Made by a program: the position numbers and the translations under genes
Shown: in pieces, positions 9,658-19,275 of the stretch
Layout: every line of letters starts with the position of its first letter
Position numbering within the stretch: the stretch's first letter is position 1
IMG/VR virus record: IMGVR_UViG_3300014202_000807
Length of the DNA: 64,000 nt
DNA from: a virus
Reading direction: 5' to 3' (one strand)
The notes under the pieces: model-generated
The model's database searches: none
Seen by the model: the letters and a program-made list of their open reading frames with translations, nothing else
What the model was told of the DNA's origin: nothing

Positions 9658-9900
9658 CTATTCTCCGATGGTGCCAAACAGAATCTTGGTTGCTTTTTTG
9701 ATCTCGTCGACCTGGCGCGTAACACACTCACAAGGCTCTATAACAACAACCTGATCGACCTTTGCCGCACCTGTTGGCTCTCCATTTTCGTAATCAATGC
9801 CCCCCGGCGGTCTGTCGTATGTAAGATTAAGATTGTTGCCACATTTTGAACAAATAAACTTAGTCACCAAGAATTTGCGCATCATTTCGCACTCATCCAC
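9658..9900 (-). CDS. Hypothetical Zn-ribbon protein
   Basis: CSKC...CEC; in operon. Confidence 0.5.
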   Translation of the reverse strand: MDECEMMRKFLVTKFICSKCGNNLNLTYDRPPGGIDYENGEPTGAAKVDQVVVIEPCECVTRQVDEIKKATKILFGTIGE

Positions 9901-10121
9901 CAGTATTTGATTTTGTTGTATTCGCGTCTGTGTTTTTCAATATCTCTTCGATTAATATCAAGCCACATACTTAACAAAGTAAGTCTTCTAAATCCTGGTA
10001 CAAAATACATGATTCCATACCACCTCAAATAATCAGCAGCCATATCAATCTCATCATCAATCCAATCACTCAACTGCTCCAACCGATCGAAAAACCCGCC
10101 CTGCTTGTAGTATGGTTTCAT
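9882..10121 (-). CDS. Hypothetical protein
   Basis: Operon packing. Confidence 0.5.
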   Translation of the reverse strand: MKPYYKQGGFFDRLEQLSDWIDDEIDMAADYLRWYGIMYFVPGFRRLTLLSMWLDINRRDIEKHRREYNKIKYWWMSAK

Positions 10122-10136
10122 GTTTACCTTTTAGAA

Positions 10137-10340
10137 TTATTTTCCATTAAGCATTTCAAATGCTTCATTGCATTTTTTCTGCGCTTCTGACAATCCTTCT
10201 GATCCGTGACATAACCAACCGTCAGAGACCATCAAAAAAATAGCATCCTCCATGATCTTGATTTTCTCTGCATATCCGGTTAGATAAAGACCAACATCTC
10301 CGGAATCATGCATACGCTGTATCTGCTCGCTTACTCTCAT
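10137..10340 (-). CDS. Hypothetical protein
   Basis: Operon packing. Confidence 0.5.
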   Translation of the reverse strand: MRVSEQIQRMHDSGDVGLYLTGYAEKIKIMEDAIFLMVSDGWLCHGSEGLSEAQKKCNEAFEMLNGK

Positions 10341-10369
10341 ATCACTACAAATCCTTACTCAATTAAAAG

Positions 10370-10651
10370 TCACCTTCTTCCGTAAATCTTCTCAATCGTT
10401 TCTCCAAGCAAATTAAGCTCACTCTGCTTCATAATCTTGAGCATAAATTGCTGCCCATGGACACCATTTCTGCCGCCCTGATGGCAATCTTTGCAGAGCG
10501 GTATAGTGCAAAAATGATGACCTCGCCTGCCTTTAATCCTGCCCTCAAGTATGTGATGCGCGTCACTTGGTGCGCTGGCACCGCATAAACAGCAAGGCTG
10601 CGATTTAACTCTCTCAAGATGATCTGATTCAGACTGCGTTATCTTGCTCAT
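10370..10651 (-). CDS. HNH/Zn nuclease, Ref/DUF968-like
   Basis: PCCLCG...DAHH...TIPLCKDCHQG...GVH. Confidence 0.7.
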   Translation of the reverse strand: MSKITQSESDHLERVKSQPCCLCGASAPSDAHHILEGRIKGRRGHHFCTIPLCKDCHQGGRNGVHGQQFMLKIMKQSELNLLGETIEKIYGRR

Positions 10652-10889
10652 TCTCTATGCATCCACTCTCATAAAGCATGTCAAACAACCTCTTGCTAAC
10701 AATAATCGTGTCATTTGGTAATATTTCGTTTTTAACTATTTTTAACGCCCGGCCATTAATCAGAAAAATATCTCCAGGATCCTCTTTCGGAGCTAATGCG
10801 CGTATTAATTCAATTGCTTCATTAAGCGCATCAAGCGTTAGAGCATCTTGTTTTTTACATAGATTAGAAGTCGATTCAATTGTTTTCAT
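10629..10889 (-). CDS. Hypothetical protein
   Basis: Operon packing. Confidence 0.5.
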   Translation of the reverse strand: MKTIESTSNLCKKQDALTLDALNEAIELIRALAPKEDPGDIFLINGRALKIVKNEILPNDTIIVSKRLFDMLYESGCIENEQDNAV

Positions 10890-11197
10890 TTATTTTCTAC
10901 TCGCATTGCTGTGCGCATACGATCAAGCTCTCTTTCAGTCCTGTAATAGCCCAGCGCAGATCCCGATGCGCGTAACACTGAGTCAAGCGCTTCATCGATT
11001 AGCTGTTCTGGATTGGTTGTGTTTGTCATGCATCACCTATCAACCAAGGCTCGAATGTTTCATCCGCAGCTTTGCGCATCAAAATCACCAATCTTTCAGC
11101 TTCTTGGCGTTTAAGCACTACATCACCATTTGTGTTCGATTCTGCTTCAATACGATCCGCGAATTCTGTGAGTTGTTCTTCAGTTGTTTTTTTCATA

Positions 11198-11527
11198 TCA
11201 ACCGCCCTTCACTATCATTAAATGACCGTCATTGCCAACCGGCAACGATTCGATATCTATGCGCCCCTTTTCTTGCTTGCGTATCAGAGCTCTAGCCTCG
11301 TGCAATACAATCGCCATCCTCAAATGATGAATAATTTCCTCATTCAGTGGCCAATGTATCTGTTCATCCAAAAACTTCACCCGGCTAATCAATGCTCGCA
11401 GTACTTCTTGATTTGTCGTTCCTTCACGCTCACATCCGGGATTTCTGTTAACAAAACGTAACGTTGATTTGCCGTTACCGTCAAGATGATCCAACTCAAA
11501 AACGTGCCCAAGTTCAATAACTTTCAT
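11198..11527 (-). CDS. Candidate Acb2/Tad1-hairpin family protein
   Basis: GTTNQEVLRALISRVKFL...NEEIIHHLRMAIVLHEAR resembles the G(T/V)xNExxL..xIDRL..ENA.A..KLEEA pattern. Confidence 0.5.
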   Translation of the reverse strand: MKVIELGHVFELDHLDGNGKSTLRFVNRNPGCEREGTTNQEVLRALISRVKFLDEQIHWPLNEEIIHHLRMAIVLHEARALIRKQEKGRIDIESLPVGNDGHLMIVKGG

Positions 11528-11677
11528 CAATCCTTTCCCTGCATAACTCGCAAACATTTTCTGAATCTAGATCGTCAGGATGAGTCATCCTTAAACATTC
11601 TTCGCATTCAACAAAATTTCTTGTGTAATCATCAGAAACCAATCCTGATTTTATATACCCATCTATCAAGTCACTCA

Positions 11678-12097
11678 TCACTCCACCATATTTTCAGCAA
11701 TTTCAGGTTTATGAAATCCAGGCTCAGACCATCGAACATCGTGTTCCGCGCCGAATGCGTACATTAAATCGATAAGGTCAATAAACTCTTTTTTGCCCAT
11801 CTGGCTTGTCCTTCCGCCTACAGCAATAAATCCTGATTTATCCATATTTGGCACTATCTTTTGACCCTTCAGAATGGCTGTAAAAAAATCTTTCCATTCC
11901 TCGTCAGTCATCCAAAATTCACACCAGCACACTTGCCTAGCAATATCTTGTAGCATTGGCCACATTTTCGCGTTTTGCTCCAGCGTCCTTGTTGGCTCTT
12001 TAATTTCACACACATAACCTTCAGGAGCATGATCAATGGCATGCTTTGCGTTATACTTGACCTGACTATTGATCAGGTTGAAAAACTGTTTTGACAT
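11678..12097 (-). CDS. ninB: NinB/Orf recombination protein
   Basis: RTLEQNAKMWPMLQDIARQVCW, EEWKDFF, RTSQMGKKEF...YAFGAEHDVRWS. Confidence 0.9.
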   Translation of the reverse strand: MSKQFFNLINSQVKYNAKHAIDHAPEGYVCEIKEPTRTLEQNAKMWPMLQDIARQVCWCEFWMTDEEWKDFFTAILKGQKIVPNMDKSGFIAVGGRTSQMGKKEFIDLIDLMYAFGAEHDVRWSEPGFHKPEIAENMVE

Positions 12098-12155
12098 TAC
12101 AGATTACCTAAACGCTTATTTGTCATAGCAAACTCACCAAACTTGCGTAGCGCAC

Positions 12156-12521
12156 TCATCGCAGCTCAAATCCCATTAAAAACTCCGCATTAGCTATTTC
12201 TTTAGCCAACTCTTTAACAGCAAGTTCAGCTGCTATAAGCTTTTCCAGTATCTTCGAAAAATCTTTTTCCGCCACTGAAAGAGCTTTGTTATTAATTTTC
12301 TGAAGTGATTCGAGTTTGCGCACAACGTGTTTTCCGGTCTCTTTTGATTTAACAATATTGACAAATTCATTCCGGACGCCAATTATTACTGATGCTGAAT
12401 TAATGTACTCATCGTGCTCGGCTCTTGCCGCATCAGCAATCTTTTTCAAGCGCGCCAGTTCCTTCTTCATCGCATTGATAGCTAATTGCTTTCCTGATTT
12501 AATTTTACTTATTTCGCTCAT
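12156..12521 (-). CDS. Hypothetical coiled-coil protein
   Basis: 121-aa helical ORF in the operon. Confidence 0.55.
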   Translation of the reverse strand: MSEISKIKSGKQLAINAMKKELARLKKIADAARAEHDEYINSASVIIGVRNEFVNIVKSKETGKHVVRKLESLQKINNKALSVAEKDFSKILEKLIAAELAVKELAKEIANAEFLMGFELR

Positions 12522-12570
12522 GCGCCGTCTCTCGCCGTTTTGTGAACCAAGCAGAAGATTTGTTTATCGC

Positions 12571-13347
12571 TCACACAAAACACCCGCATCCGCCGAAGTC
12601 AAGCTCATCATGCTTAACTCCAGATTCAATCATTTCGCGGAATTCTTTTAGTGTTAAATATCTTAGTTCTCCGTCCACCATTTTTCTCAAAAACGGCCTT
12701 GCCGTAGGCAATTCTTTCATTAACTTTTCTTGCTCAAATTCATGGTGCGCATACACATCCGGCATAATAGTTAACAATCTGTGATAATGTTCTTGGCCAG
12801 CTTTTACGCAAAAACCGCCGCAGTTGTTGTGCGAAAAACCAACTTTATAAAGTTTCGGAAGATCAATTCCGTAGCTCTCTATAACTTCAAAGCAATCCTT
12901 TTTATCTAAAAATGGGGCGTCAAGAAGCGGAGACCAGCATTCATAATCAGCATAATTTCTTCTTGCTGTTTCGTGTCTATGCGACTCCGACCAGTCGAAG
13001 CCGAAAACGATTACACAATCTTCCGGCGAGTAATTATCAGTAAGCCACTTCGCAAAAACCTTACCTTTCAACTCTGTGGTGCAATGCGCCGTCCTTGTAT
13101 TGCCTTGATATTTCTTGTCTTTAAAAACCTGCCATGGTGTCCGCCCGTCTTTCAATGTCACGTGCTCACAACCTATTTTTTCAACTGATTCGCGAACAAA
13201 TCGATAAAGGTCATCGTCTTCTATTAATGTGTCGCAAAAAACCAATACTGTGTTTTCTTTTCCATATTTATCAACCGCCCTGACAGCGGCAGCAAACGAG
13301 CCAGCACCTCCGGAAAATGAAACTATGCATTTTTTATCGCTGATCAT
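12571..13347 (-). CDS. PAPS-reductase-like (adenine nucleotide alpha hydrolase) Fe-S protein
   Basis: PP-loop SFSGGAGS, CTTELK, HNNCGGFCVKAG, terminal GCGCF. Confidence 0.8.
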   Translation of the reverse strand: MISDKKCIVSFSGGAGSFAAAVRAVDKYGKENTVLVFCDTLIEDDDLYRFVRESVEKIGCEHVTLKDGRTPWQVFKDKKYQGNTRTAHCTTELKGKVFAKWLTDNYSPEDCVIVFGFDWSESHRHETARRNYADYECWSPLLDAPFLDKKDCFEVIESYGIDLPKLYKVGFSHNNCGGFCVKAGQEHYHRLLTIMPDVYAHHEFEQEKLMKELPTARPFLRKMVDGELRYLTLKEFREMIESGVKHDELDFGGCGCFV

Positions 13348-13670
13348 TTGCCTGGCTCATTAATAATTGCCTGTATGCGCTCAAGTTGATCCAATGTCAT
13401 TCTGGTGAAATCCAGTTGTCTAAATTTACTGATAATGATTGATTTTCTTACCCTCTCACGTATCTGATCAGTAACAGGCACGATTTTTGATGAATACCAT
13501 ATCGAACCACCAACGGTTAAGCCGCTGCCTCTTTTGTATCTTCCTAGATTCGTAACGATCTGAGTCTTTGTTATTTTTGTCACTTTCTCGATTGAGTGCC
13601 AGCCGTTCCACGCCTCAACAGCCACTTCATCTCCGACTTTCAGCGACTCCAGCCATTCTGTGTTATTCAT
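13344..13670 (-). CDS. Hypothetical protein
   Basis: LKVGDEV...KVTKITKTQIV beta-barrel-like start. Confidence 0.6.
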   Translation of the reverse strand: MNNTEWLESLKVGDEVAVEAWNGWHSIEKVTKITKTQIVTNLGRYKRGSGLTVGGSIWYSSKIVPVTDQIRERVRKSIIISKFRQLDFTRMTLDQLERIQAIINEPGK

Positions 13671-13690
13671 TTCGCTTTACTCGCCGGATG

Positions 13691-14362
13691 TTACGCAGCG
13701 TCCTCATTCTTAGCAAAACTCAATACACCAACAGCGGAATTGACATCGCACTTGAGTTTTTGCAGGCCAATCTCAAGACAGAATTCAGCCTTGCCAATAC
13801 CGCCCTGATACACAAGCAATGCTTGATGCTGGTTTCCAACCAGAACTGGTTTTTCGATTTTGTGACCCTCTTTCGAGTTGTGCGCCTCTGCCAGTCCGAT
13901 CAAATGCGAACGGTACTCAGGCCGTTCGTTACGTGATTTGTACCCGCGATAGCGGTTTTCAAATTCCTTCGCAACGAAGGGCCATTCGCTTTCTGATTTC
14001 ATGCCAAGCGGTATCCATCCCCCCATATCCGACAGCACTTTGTGAATCAAAGGATCATCAAAAATAATGGACTGATAAATCCCGATCTCTCGCACAGCAC
14101 GATCAACTTTAGCCCATGCCAGAAGCGCAGAATCCTGAGTTCCGCCGCCCAGCATCTTGATGATGTCGGCTGGCTTTGGAAGCCATTTCCCCTGCTCTGG
14201 ATTGATCACGTGGCGGTTAAACCCTTCGATGATCGCCGACAGATCGTAACGCTTCAGAGCATTCCACCAAAGATCAAGAGAAAAATCACTTAAGTCTTTC
14301 TCGTAAAAGGCGTAAACACCTGCAACCCCCCTTCTAAACTGGTCAAAATCGTTTTCAGTCAT
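13691..14362 (-). CDS. DUF6475-like replication accessory protein
   Basis: PKPADII, AWAKVDRAV, FDDPLIH, WPFVAKEF; follows the initiator. Confidence 0.75.
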   Translation of the reverse strand: MTENDFDQFRRGVAGVYAFYEKDLSDFSLDLWWNALKRYDLSAIIEGFNRHVINPEQGKWLPKPADIIKMLGGGTQDSALLAWAKVDRAVREIGIYQSIIFDDPLIHKVLSDMGGWIPLGMKSESEWPFVAKEFENRYRGYKSRNERPEYRSHLIGLAEAHNSKEGHKIEKPVLVGNQHQALLVYQGGIGKAEFCLEIGLQKLKCDVNSAVGVLSFAKNEDAA

Positions 14363-15207
14363 GCCTTAATCCTCATTTCTGGCGGAACCCAGTTTTCTGC
14401 AACTGAAAAATTCCTTTTTTCAATTGATTCCTGCTTGTTCGGCAGGCGTCCTTCGTGCAATTTCCCGGCCATCGCCTTGACGTTTTCACGTTGTTTTTTA
14501 ACGATTCCCAGGATGTACGCAAACCCTTTGCCTTTGTCCTTTGCCGTCCTTGCCGCGTAGACAAATTCATCAAGCGTAGCCCCGGCATCAATCAACATCA
14601 AAAGCTCAGGGTGCGCCGGGTTTACGTCTGAAATGCCTTGTTTTTTAATGGAAATACACACACTTGCCGCCGGTGTTTGCTTGCTGTTTTGCGGGTTATG
14701 ATCGATTGCTGGCGGATCGTCAGAGATAATTTGAGAATTATTCTCATCTTCGCCGTGTTGTAACGAACAGTAGTCAGTGTGTGTTTTAACCGTATTGGTT
14801 AATGGTTCTTGGTTAATGGTTCTTGGTTCTTGGTTAGGTGGAGCTTCGTTCACGCTTTCGCACGGATCGTTCACGGTTCGTGATTTTTTCCTTCTGTTTG
14901 CTTCACGCTCCGTTGCGATTCGCTTGTTTGTTTCTGAGGTTTCGTGGTATTTCTCTATTTCCTCTTTGATTCTGTTCTGAACGTAAACGCCATCTTCAAG
15001 AGTGAAAAATTTATTCAAAACAAACTTTACAGCGGCCTCCTCTTCCTCAGTTCTAACCCAGCACCAGTCAAAAGCCTCTTCAAGAGTTGGGAATCTCTCA
15101 CGGTCATAGCACGAATGAATAAGAAGCGTGTACGCTCCGTGTTCCAGCATTGATAGACGGCCAGCCTTTTTAGCGTAGTCACCTATATTCATTTTGAAAT
15201 AGTGCAT
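14359..15207 (-). CDS. Replication initiator, YdaU/DUF1376 family
   Basis: MHYFKMNIGDY...LSMLEHGAYTLL...VLNKFF...QNRIKEEI; NQEP repeats. Confidence 0.85.
   Translation of the reverse strand: MHYFKMNIGDYAKKAGRLSMLEHGAYTLLIHSCYDRERFPTLEEAFDWCWVRTEEEEAAVKFVLNKFFTLEDGVYVQNRIKEEIEKYHETSETNKRIATEREANRRKKSRTVNDPCESVNEAPPNQEPRTINQEPLTNTVKTHTDYCSLQHGEDENNSQIISDDPPAIDHNPQNSKQTPAASVCISIKKQGISDVNPAHPELLMLIDAGATLDEFVYAARTAKDKGKGFAYILGIVKKQRENVKAMAGKLHEGRLPNKQESIEKRNFSVAENWVPPEMRIKA
14795..14883. repeat. Putative origin iterons inside the initiator gene
   Basis: TTGGTTAATGGTTC x2 plus TTGGTTC, and TCGTTCACG x2 plus TCGCACG at about 10-bp phasing. Confidence 0.6.
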
Positions 15208-15327
15208 AACTCTCTTCCGATTATTGATTTCACCAATACGTCATGGGAACTGCCCCAAGTGTTGGCTCGGTAAAGTTTTTGTCGGCTGGTCAAGGCCGTA
15301 AAAAATGCAATTCCCATTCGTATTGAT

Positions 15328-15831
15328 TCAATCATTTCCGCTCTTCATGAAAACTAGCCAGTGAGTGAGTCCTTTTCTGCCAGACAAATGACCAAATAAA
15401 GGGTCAAAAGGCACCAGTTTTAGAACTTCAGCAATCTTGACTTGAGTTTCATTCCATTTAAAAACCATAACTCCATCAACTTTCAGAACCCTGAAACATT
15501 CAGAGAAACCCTGGCTCAAGTCATCACGCCAGTTTTCTGAAAGCATTCCATACTTAGCTTTCAGCCAGCTTTTATCACCAGCTCTAACCAAATGCGGAGG
15601 ATCAAATGCAACGAGACTAAATGTTCCATCGGAGAATGGAAGCGCTCTGAAATCCATTAAAGTGTCTGGTTCAATTCTGAGCGTCCTTGTTCCGTTTTCA
15701 TTTCCGTGCGAACGATCTTTAACAGTCAAAAACTCATTACGATGATCGCCGAAAACAACCCCAGGGTGACTCCTGTCAAACCACATCATTTTGCTTCCGC
15801 AGCACGGGTCAAGTATCGATTTTGCGCCCAT
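15328..15831 (-). CDS. SAM-dependent (DNA amino-) methyltransferase
   Basis: ILDPCCGS motif I, FDPPH motif IV, ECFRVLK. Confidence 0.85.
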   Translation of the reverse strand: MGAKSILDPCCGSKMMWFDRSHPGVVFGDHRNEFLTVKDRSHGNENGTRTLRIEPDTLMDFRALPFSDGTFSLVAFDPPHLVRAGDKSWLKAKYGMLSENWRDDLSQGFSECFRVLKVDGVMVFKWNETQVKIAEVLKLVPFDPLFGHLSGRKGLTHWLVFMKSGND

Positions 15832-16247
15832 GCGTATTAGATTCCATGAAGACGATTTTTTAAGTTTTCCCTGCGTCGTTTCTGCTTCACATATTCCTCG
15901 GCAATAGCCGATAAAGCGATTGAGATAGTCCAGGACAAAATTTCGTATTCCATTTCATGATTTCCTAAAACTTTTCTTACCTTTTTTAATCAAAATAAGT
16001 CGATTTCAACCGCCCTGACAGTCATTACCTGTTCTGACGCCGCCAAAAGGAAAGAAAAAGCGGCGCATCGGCTAAAGGGGTGTTCACCATGGAGGAGTAG
16101 CACATGTTGATCTTAAAAAAACAAATGGAAAACATTCGATATCGCGTACAACAAAACAAACATCCATGTTCCGTACAAACCAATCCTCATCAGTAGTTCA
16201 ATTAGCCTGCTGATCATGGTTTTTAACCAATGTCTGATTATTTAGTC

Positions 16248-16865
16248 TCATCGTATCGCCGTGACCGGGTATTTCTTGCGTTTGTTCTCATTCAGCTTCA
16301 AGCCGATATCCCTGAGAACTGCTTTTGTTACATCAAGAAGCTCGTTGACCTCTTTCTGGGCATTTAATAATTCCCGGTCTGAGCAGCCGTCAATCAATTC
16401 GCATAGAGATTGCTCAACCTCCCCGCTTTCCTTCACGATTCGCTTAAGATGCGTCAGAACTGTTTCAGTGTCAGAATCATCAGCAGCTGGCTCGAAGTTC
16501 TGCGCGAACATTCCGGTTTGAACCAACATTTCATTGATGCAACGGGTTCTGATTGGAGATGGAAAGGTGTTTAGTACAGCAGGTAGGAAATTGATCGGTA
16601 GAAGTGTCGAATCTTTGGTTCTGTCATCAAGCCAGCGGAATACTCGATCCGCATTTACGCGCCTGGCTTCGAAATTCTTATCTATGTCACTTGTCTTGTC
16701 ATTCGAGAATTCTTTTATCCCCGGCAAACCAATCACATTGGTTTTTTGATACTCAGAAATAATCAGTTCCGCAATTGCTTCCCTGCTCATGCCGGTAGAC
16801 CTTCTCCACACGTCAACATGATCGGAAATTATTGAAATCCAAGTTTTTTGCGGCATGTGCTGCAT
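16248..16865 (-). CDS. CII/YdaT-like regulator
   Basis: Position just downstream of cro; C-terminal KESGE...ELL..AQKE helix pair. Confidence 0.55.
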   Translation of the reverse strand: MQHMPQKTWISIISDHVDVWRRSTGMSREAIAELIISEYQKTNVIGLPGIKEFSNDKTSDIDKNFEARRVNADRVFRWLDDRTKDSTLLPINFLPAVLNTFPSPIRTRCINEMLVQTGMFAQNFEPAADDSDTETVLTHLKRIVKESGEVEQSLCELIDGCSDRELLNAQKEVNELLDVTKAVLRDIGLKLNENKRKKYPVTAIR

Positions 16866-17027
16866 GATTGTTTGACTCCAAAGTTATAAACTAAAAACAT
16901 CGAAACTGGCGCTCCCCGTCGCGGACTGACGAAGAAAGCGTGGAAATATTTTCCGCGCCGGGAAGCATTGAAATCGGGTGACATACTTTTTTGGAGACAA
17001 CGGTATGTCAGCGTTGTTGGCGAAGAC

Positions 17028-17297
17028 TTAAGCTACTTCTTTAATTCCTGGAGGATAAATGTCATGACTCAGAGACCTTACGGTTACAACGCGATTTGTA
17101 ATTTCCTCAATAGCGAGTCTGTACTCTGGAGGCACGGTAGGTATACCGGATGGATGGTTTATCCATTTGTATACATGCTGCTGCCTTATCCTCTTTTTGC
17201 CTAAATTTTTAGCCTCGAACCAATCATTGATTCTTTTTGCCAAATCTGATTGGCCTCCGGCTATTTCAATAGCTATTTGCAATGGATATTTATTCAT
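17028..17297 (-). CDS. cro: Cro/YdaS-like repressor
   Basis: AIEIAGGQSDLAKRI...QQHVYKW...LAIEEIT...DIY; divergent from cI. Confidence 0.85.
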   Translation of the reverse strand: MNKYPLQIAIEIAGGQSDLAKRINDWFEAKNLGKKRIRQQHVYKWINHPSGIPTVPPEYRLAIEEITNRVVTVRSLSHDIYPPGIKEVA

Positions 17298-17304
17298 GTC
17301 GGCA

Positions 17305-17352
17305 ATAATACAACCATTAGTTGTAGAAAGTCAACAACTGATAATTGGTTGT
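17305..17352. promoter_or_regulatory. OR operator(s) and PR promoter
   Basis: Palindrome ACAACCATTAGTTGT at 17310-17324; minus-strand TTGACT-N18-TATTAT. Confidence 0.75.
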
Positions 17353-17373
17353 AATAAGCATATGATTTATCGC

Positions 17374-17811
17374 ATGAGCGATAATGAAAAGCTGCTTTTT
17401 TCGAGGCGGCTAAAAGAACTATGCGTAGAAAAAGATCTTCCAGATCATGGAAGACAAACCATTTTGCGCAAAAAACTTAAAGTTTCTCAAGAGGCCGTCA
17501 GAAAATGGCTGGATGGGGAATCGGTGCCGAGGCATAATCACAAAGTACAACTTTGCGAGTATTTTGGCGTTAATTACGAATGGCTGGCTACCGGCAGAGG
17601 AGATAAATATGCTCGGAAACAACAACGCAGCGATGCCGAGGAATTGTTGGAGCTCATGGGTATTGATCCAGACAACATTGACGTTGATCAAATAGAAATA
17701 GTGCGCAAGGCAATGGAGGTGCCAAAAGAAAGTCGACACCGCTTAAAAAGAATCGTTGATGCATTTAACGAACCAGATAGCGATGGAGAAGAACAGGGCT
17801 CTGGCGGGTGA
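17374..17811 (+). CDS. cI: CI-like repressor (HTH only)
   Basis: FSRRLKELC...GRQTIL...VSQEAVRKWLDGESVP...VNYEWLATG; no S24 peptidase domain. Confidence 0.85.
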   Translation: MSDNEKLLFSRRLKELCVEKDLPDHGRQTILRKKLKVSQEAVRKWLDGESVPRHNHKVQLCEYFGVNYEWLATGRGDKYARKQQRSDAEELLELMGIDPDNIDVDQIEIVRKAMEVPKESRHRLKRIVDAFNEPDSDGEEQGSGG

Positions 17812-17900
17812 TAAGCTTGTTTACTTGTCTGATCGATGTCAGAAGTTGAGGTGTTTTTGTAAAAACAGTTGATTGTTGCTGCAATATAAGAGGATTTCTA

Positions 17901-18755
17901 ATGAGAAGATTAAAAACATGCCTGTGCATGGCAATCGTTGTTGTCGTACTGGGTGGCTGTGCTGCTGCTTTTTCTGACGTTTCGACGCATGGACATAGCG
18001 TTTACTCATCAAATAACCCGGTCAACAAGATCCCTGCTGAGCTGTTGCCGCTCGATATGCGCCAATGCCTCAATATCCCGCCGATAAGCGCATACACGAG
18101 ATCAGGCATCGATTTCGAGCAAACGCCAACAATTGAATCATTTTGTAATGGAGTGCGGGCACGACATCCGGAATACCCGCAATGCTATGCTGATTGCGAA
18201 ACAAGGTTTGCGGAATCGTTCAATCGAGAAAGGGCAACAAAAGAGCAGCGGGAAATAGATAATCGATTGGAACAGGAAAGGATAGCCGAAAGGAAGCGCG
18301 CAGAAGATGCGGCAATTAAGGAAGAAGAGCAAAGAGTATCCGCGCTGCACGACGGCCTTCGATCCGGAAGTATTCAGCCAGAAGACATGAGGCAGGCCAA
18401 AATTGCCTACGATGCTGGTGATGGTTTCGCGGTAGCAAAATCGCCAAAGCTTAGACCGGACGGACAACTATACGCGCTGAGTGGTTCTATATCAGCAGCC
18501 GAAGACGGAACGGCGGTATTTTTTGGTGAGGTGACAAACTGGAGTAATTCGCTAATACCGATCAAGGAATTCAACTATATTGGCGTCAGGATTCCAAAAG
18601 AACTGCAAGACCATTATTTTGATAATGCACGAATCAATGGATGGTTTGGAATTGTCGGGAGGTATGTCGACAATTCATCATACAAAAACATTCTTGGGTC
18701 AAGCCAGCAGACAATTCCGGTGTTCGATGCGGTATATCTTGAGTTAGAAAGATAA
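17901..18755 (+). CDS. Lipoprotein (possible lysogenic conversion or superinfection exclusion)
   Basis: Basic N-terminus, hydrophobic core, lipobox LGGC; downstream of cI. Confidence 0.65.
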   Translation: MRRLKTCLCMAIVVVVLGGCAAAFSDVSTHGHSVYSSNNPVNKIPAELLPLDMRQCLNIPPISAYTRSGIDFEQTPTIESFCNGVRARHPEYPQCYADCETRFAESFNRERATKEQREIDNRLEQERIAERKRAEDAAIKEEEQRVSALHDGLRSGSIQPEDMRQAKIAYDAGDGFAVAKSPKLRPDGQLYALSGSISAAEDGTAVFFGEVTNWSNSLIPIKEFNYIGVRIPKELQDHYFDNARINGWFGIVGRYVDNSSYKNILGSSQQTIPVFDAVYLELER

Positions 18756-18800
18756 ATTCCCATCCGTCCAGCGACTACCGCCGGGCGTATGGAAAATAAA

Positions 18801-19250
18801 TTAAGCTGCCTCCTTCCATCCAGATTCCGTCTCTTCAAGAAGAATCCTAAAATTGTGGATTTCACGATCAAGCTGACTTATTCTTTCTAGCAGACTATTG
18901 ATTTCTTTATTCCCGTTGATCTTCTCTTCGTACATTAATCTCAGCATCCTCTCCGCAGGAAGTGGCGCACTTGCCCTATCATTTTCCCAGGAACGAATGG
19001 TAGATTCCTTAACTCCCAGCAAAGTGGCCAGGCTTACTTGAGATAAATCAAGTTCCTTTCTGAGGAAACGTATTTCTGATCCATTAAGCTTTGGTTTGTC
19101 ATTTATCAAACGTCTTCCTATGGCTTTATGAAGCCCTTCAATGTCATGAATAGATACGGAATCCCCGTACTGCGAGGTGGACATAATGCTGTAACCATTT
19201 TTCAGCCAGATGTTTGGCAGTCCGCAGGTTGTGTAATGGTACTCTTTCAT
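18801..19250 (-). CDS. Type II antitoxin, MqsA/HigA-like HTH
   Basis: YHYTTCGLPNIWLKNG and EIRFLRKELDLSQVSLATLLGV...WE. Confidence 0.8.
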   Translation of the reverse strand: MKEYHYTTCGLPNIWLKNGYSIMSTSQYGDSVSIHDIEGLHKAIGRRLINDKPKLNGSEIRFLRKELDLSQVSLATLLGVKESTIRSWENDRASAPLPAERMLRLMYEEKINGNKEINSLLERISQLDREIHNFRILLEETESGWKEAA

Positions 19251-19275
19251 GATAGCTCCTCCTTCTCCTTCTTAT

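Noticed and set aside
17167..17373. Long N-terminal extension of cI from the ORF track
   Set aside because: It overlaps cro and the operators; ATG 17374 fits the HTH start.
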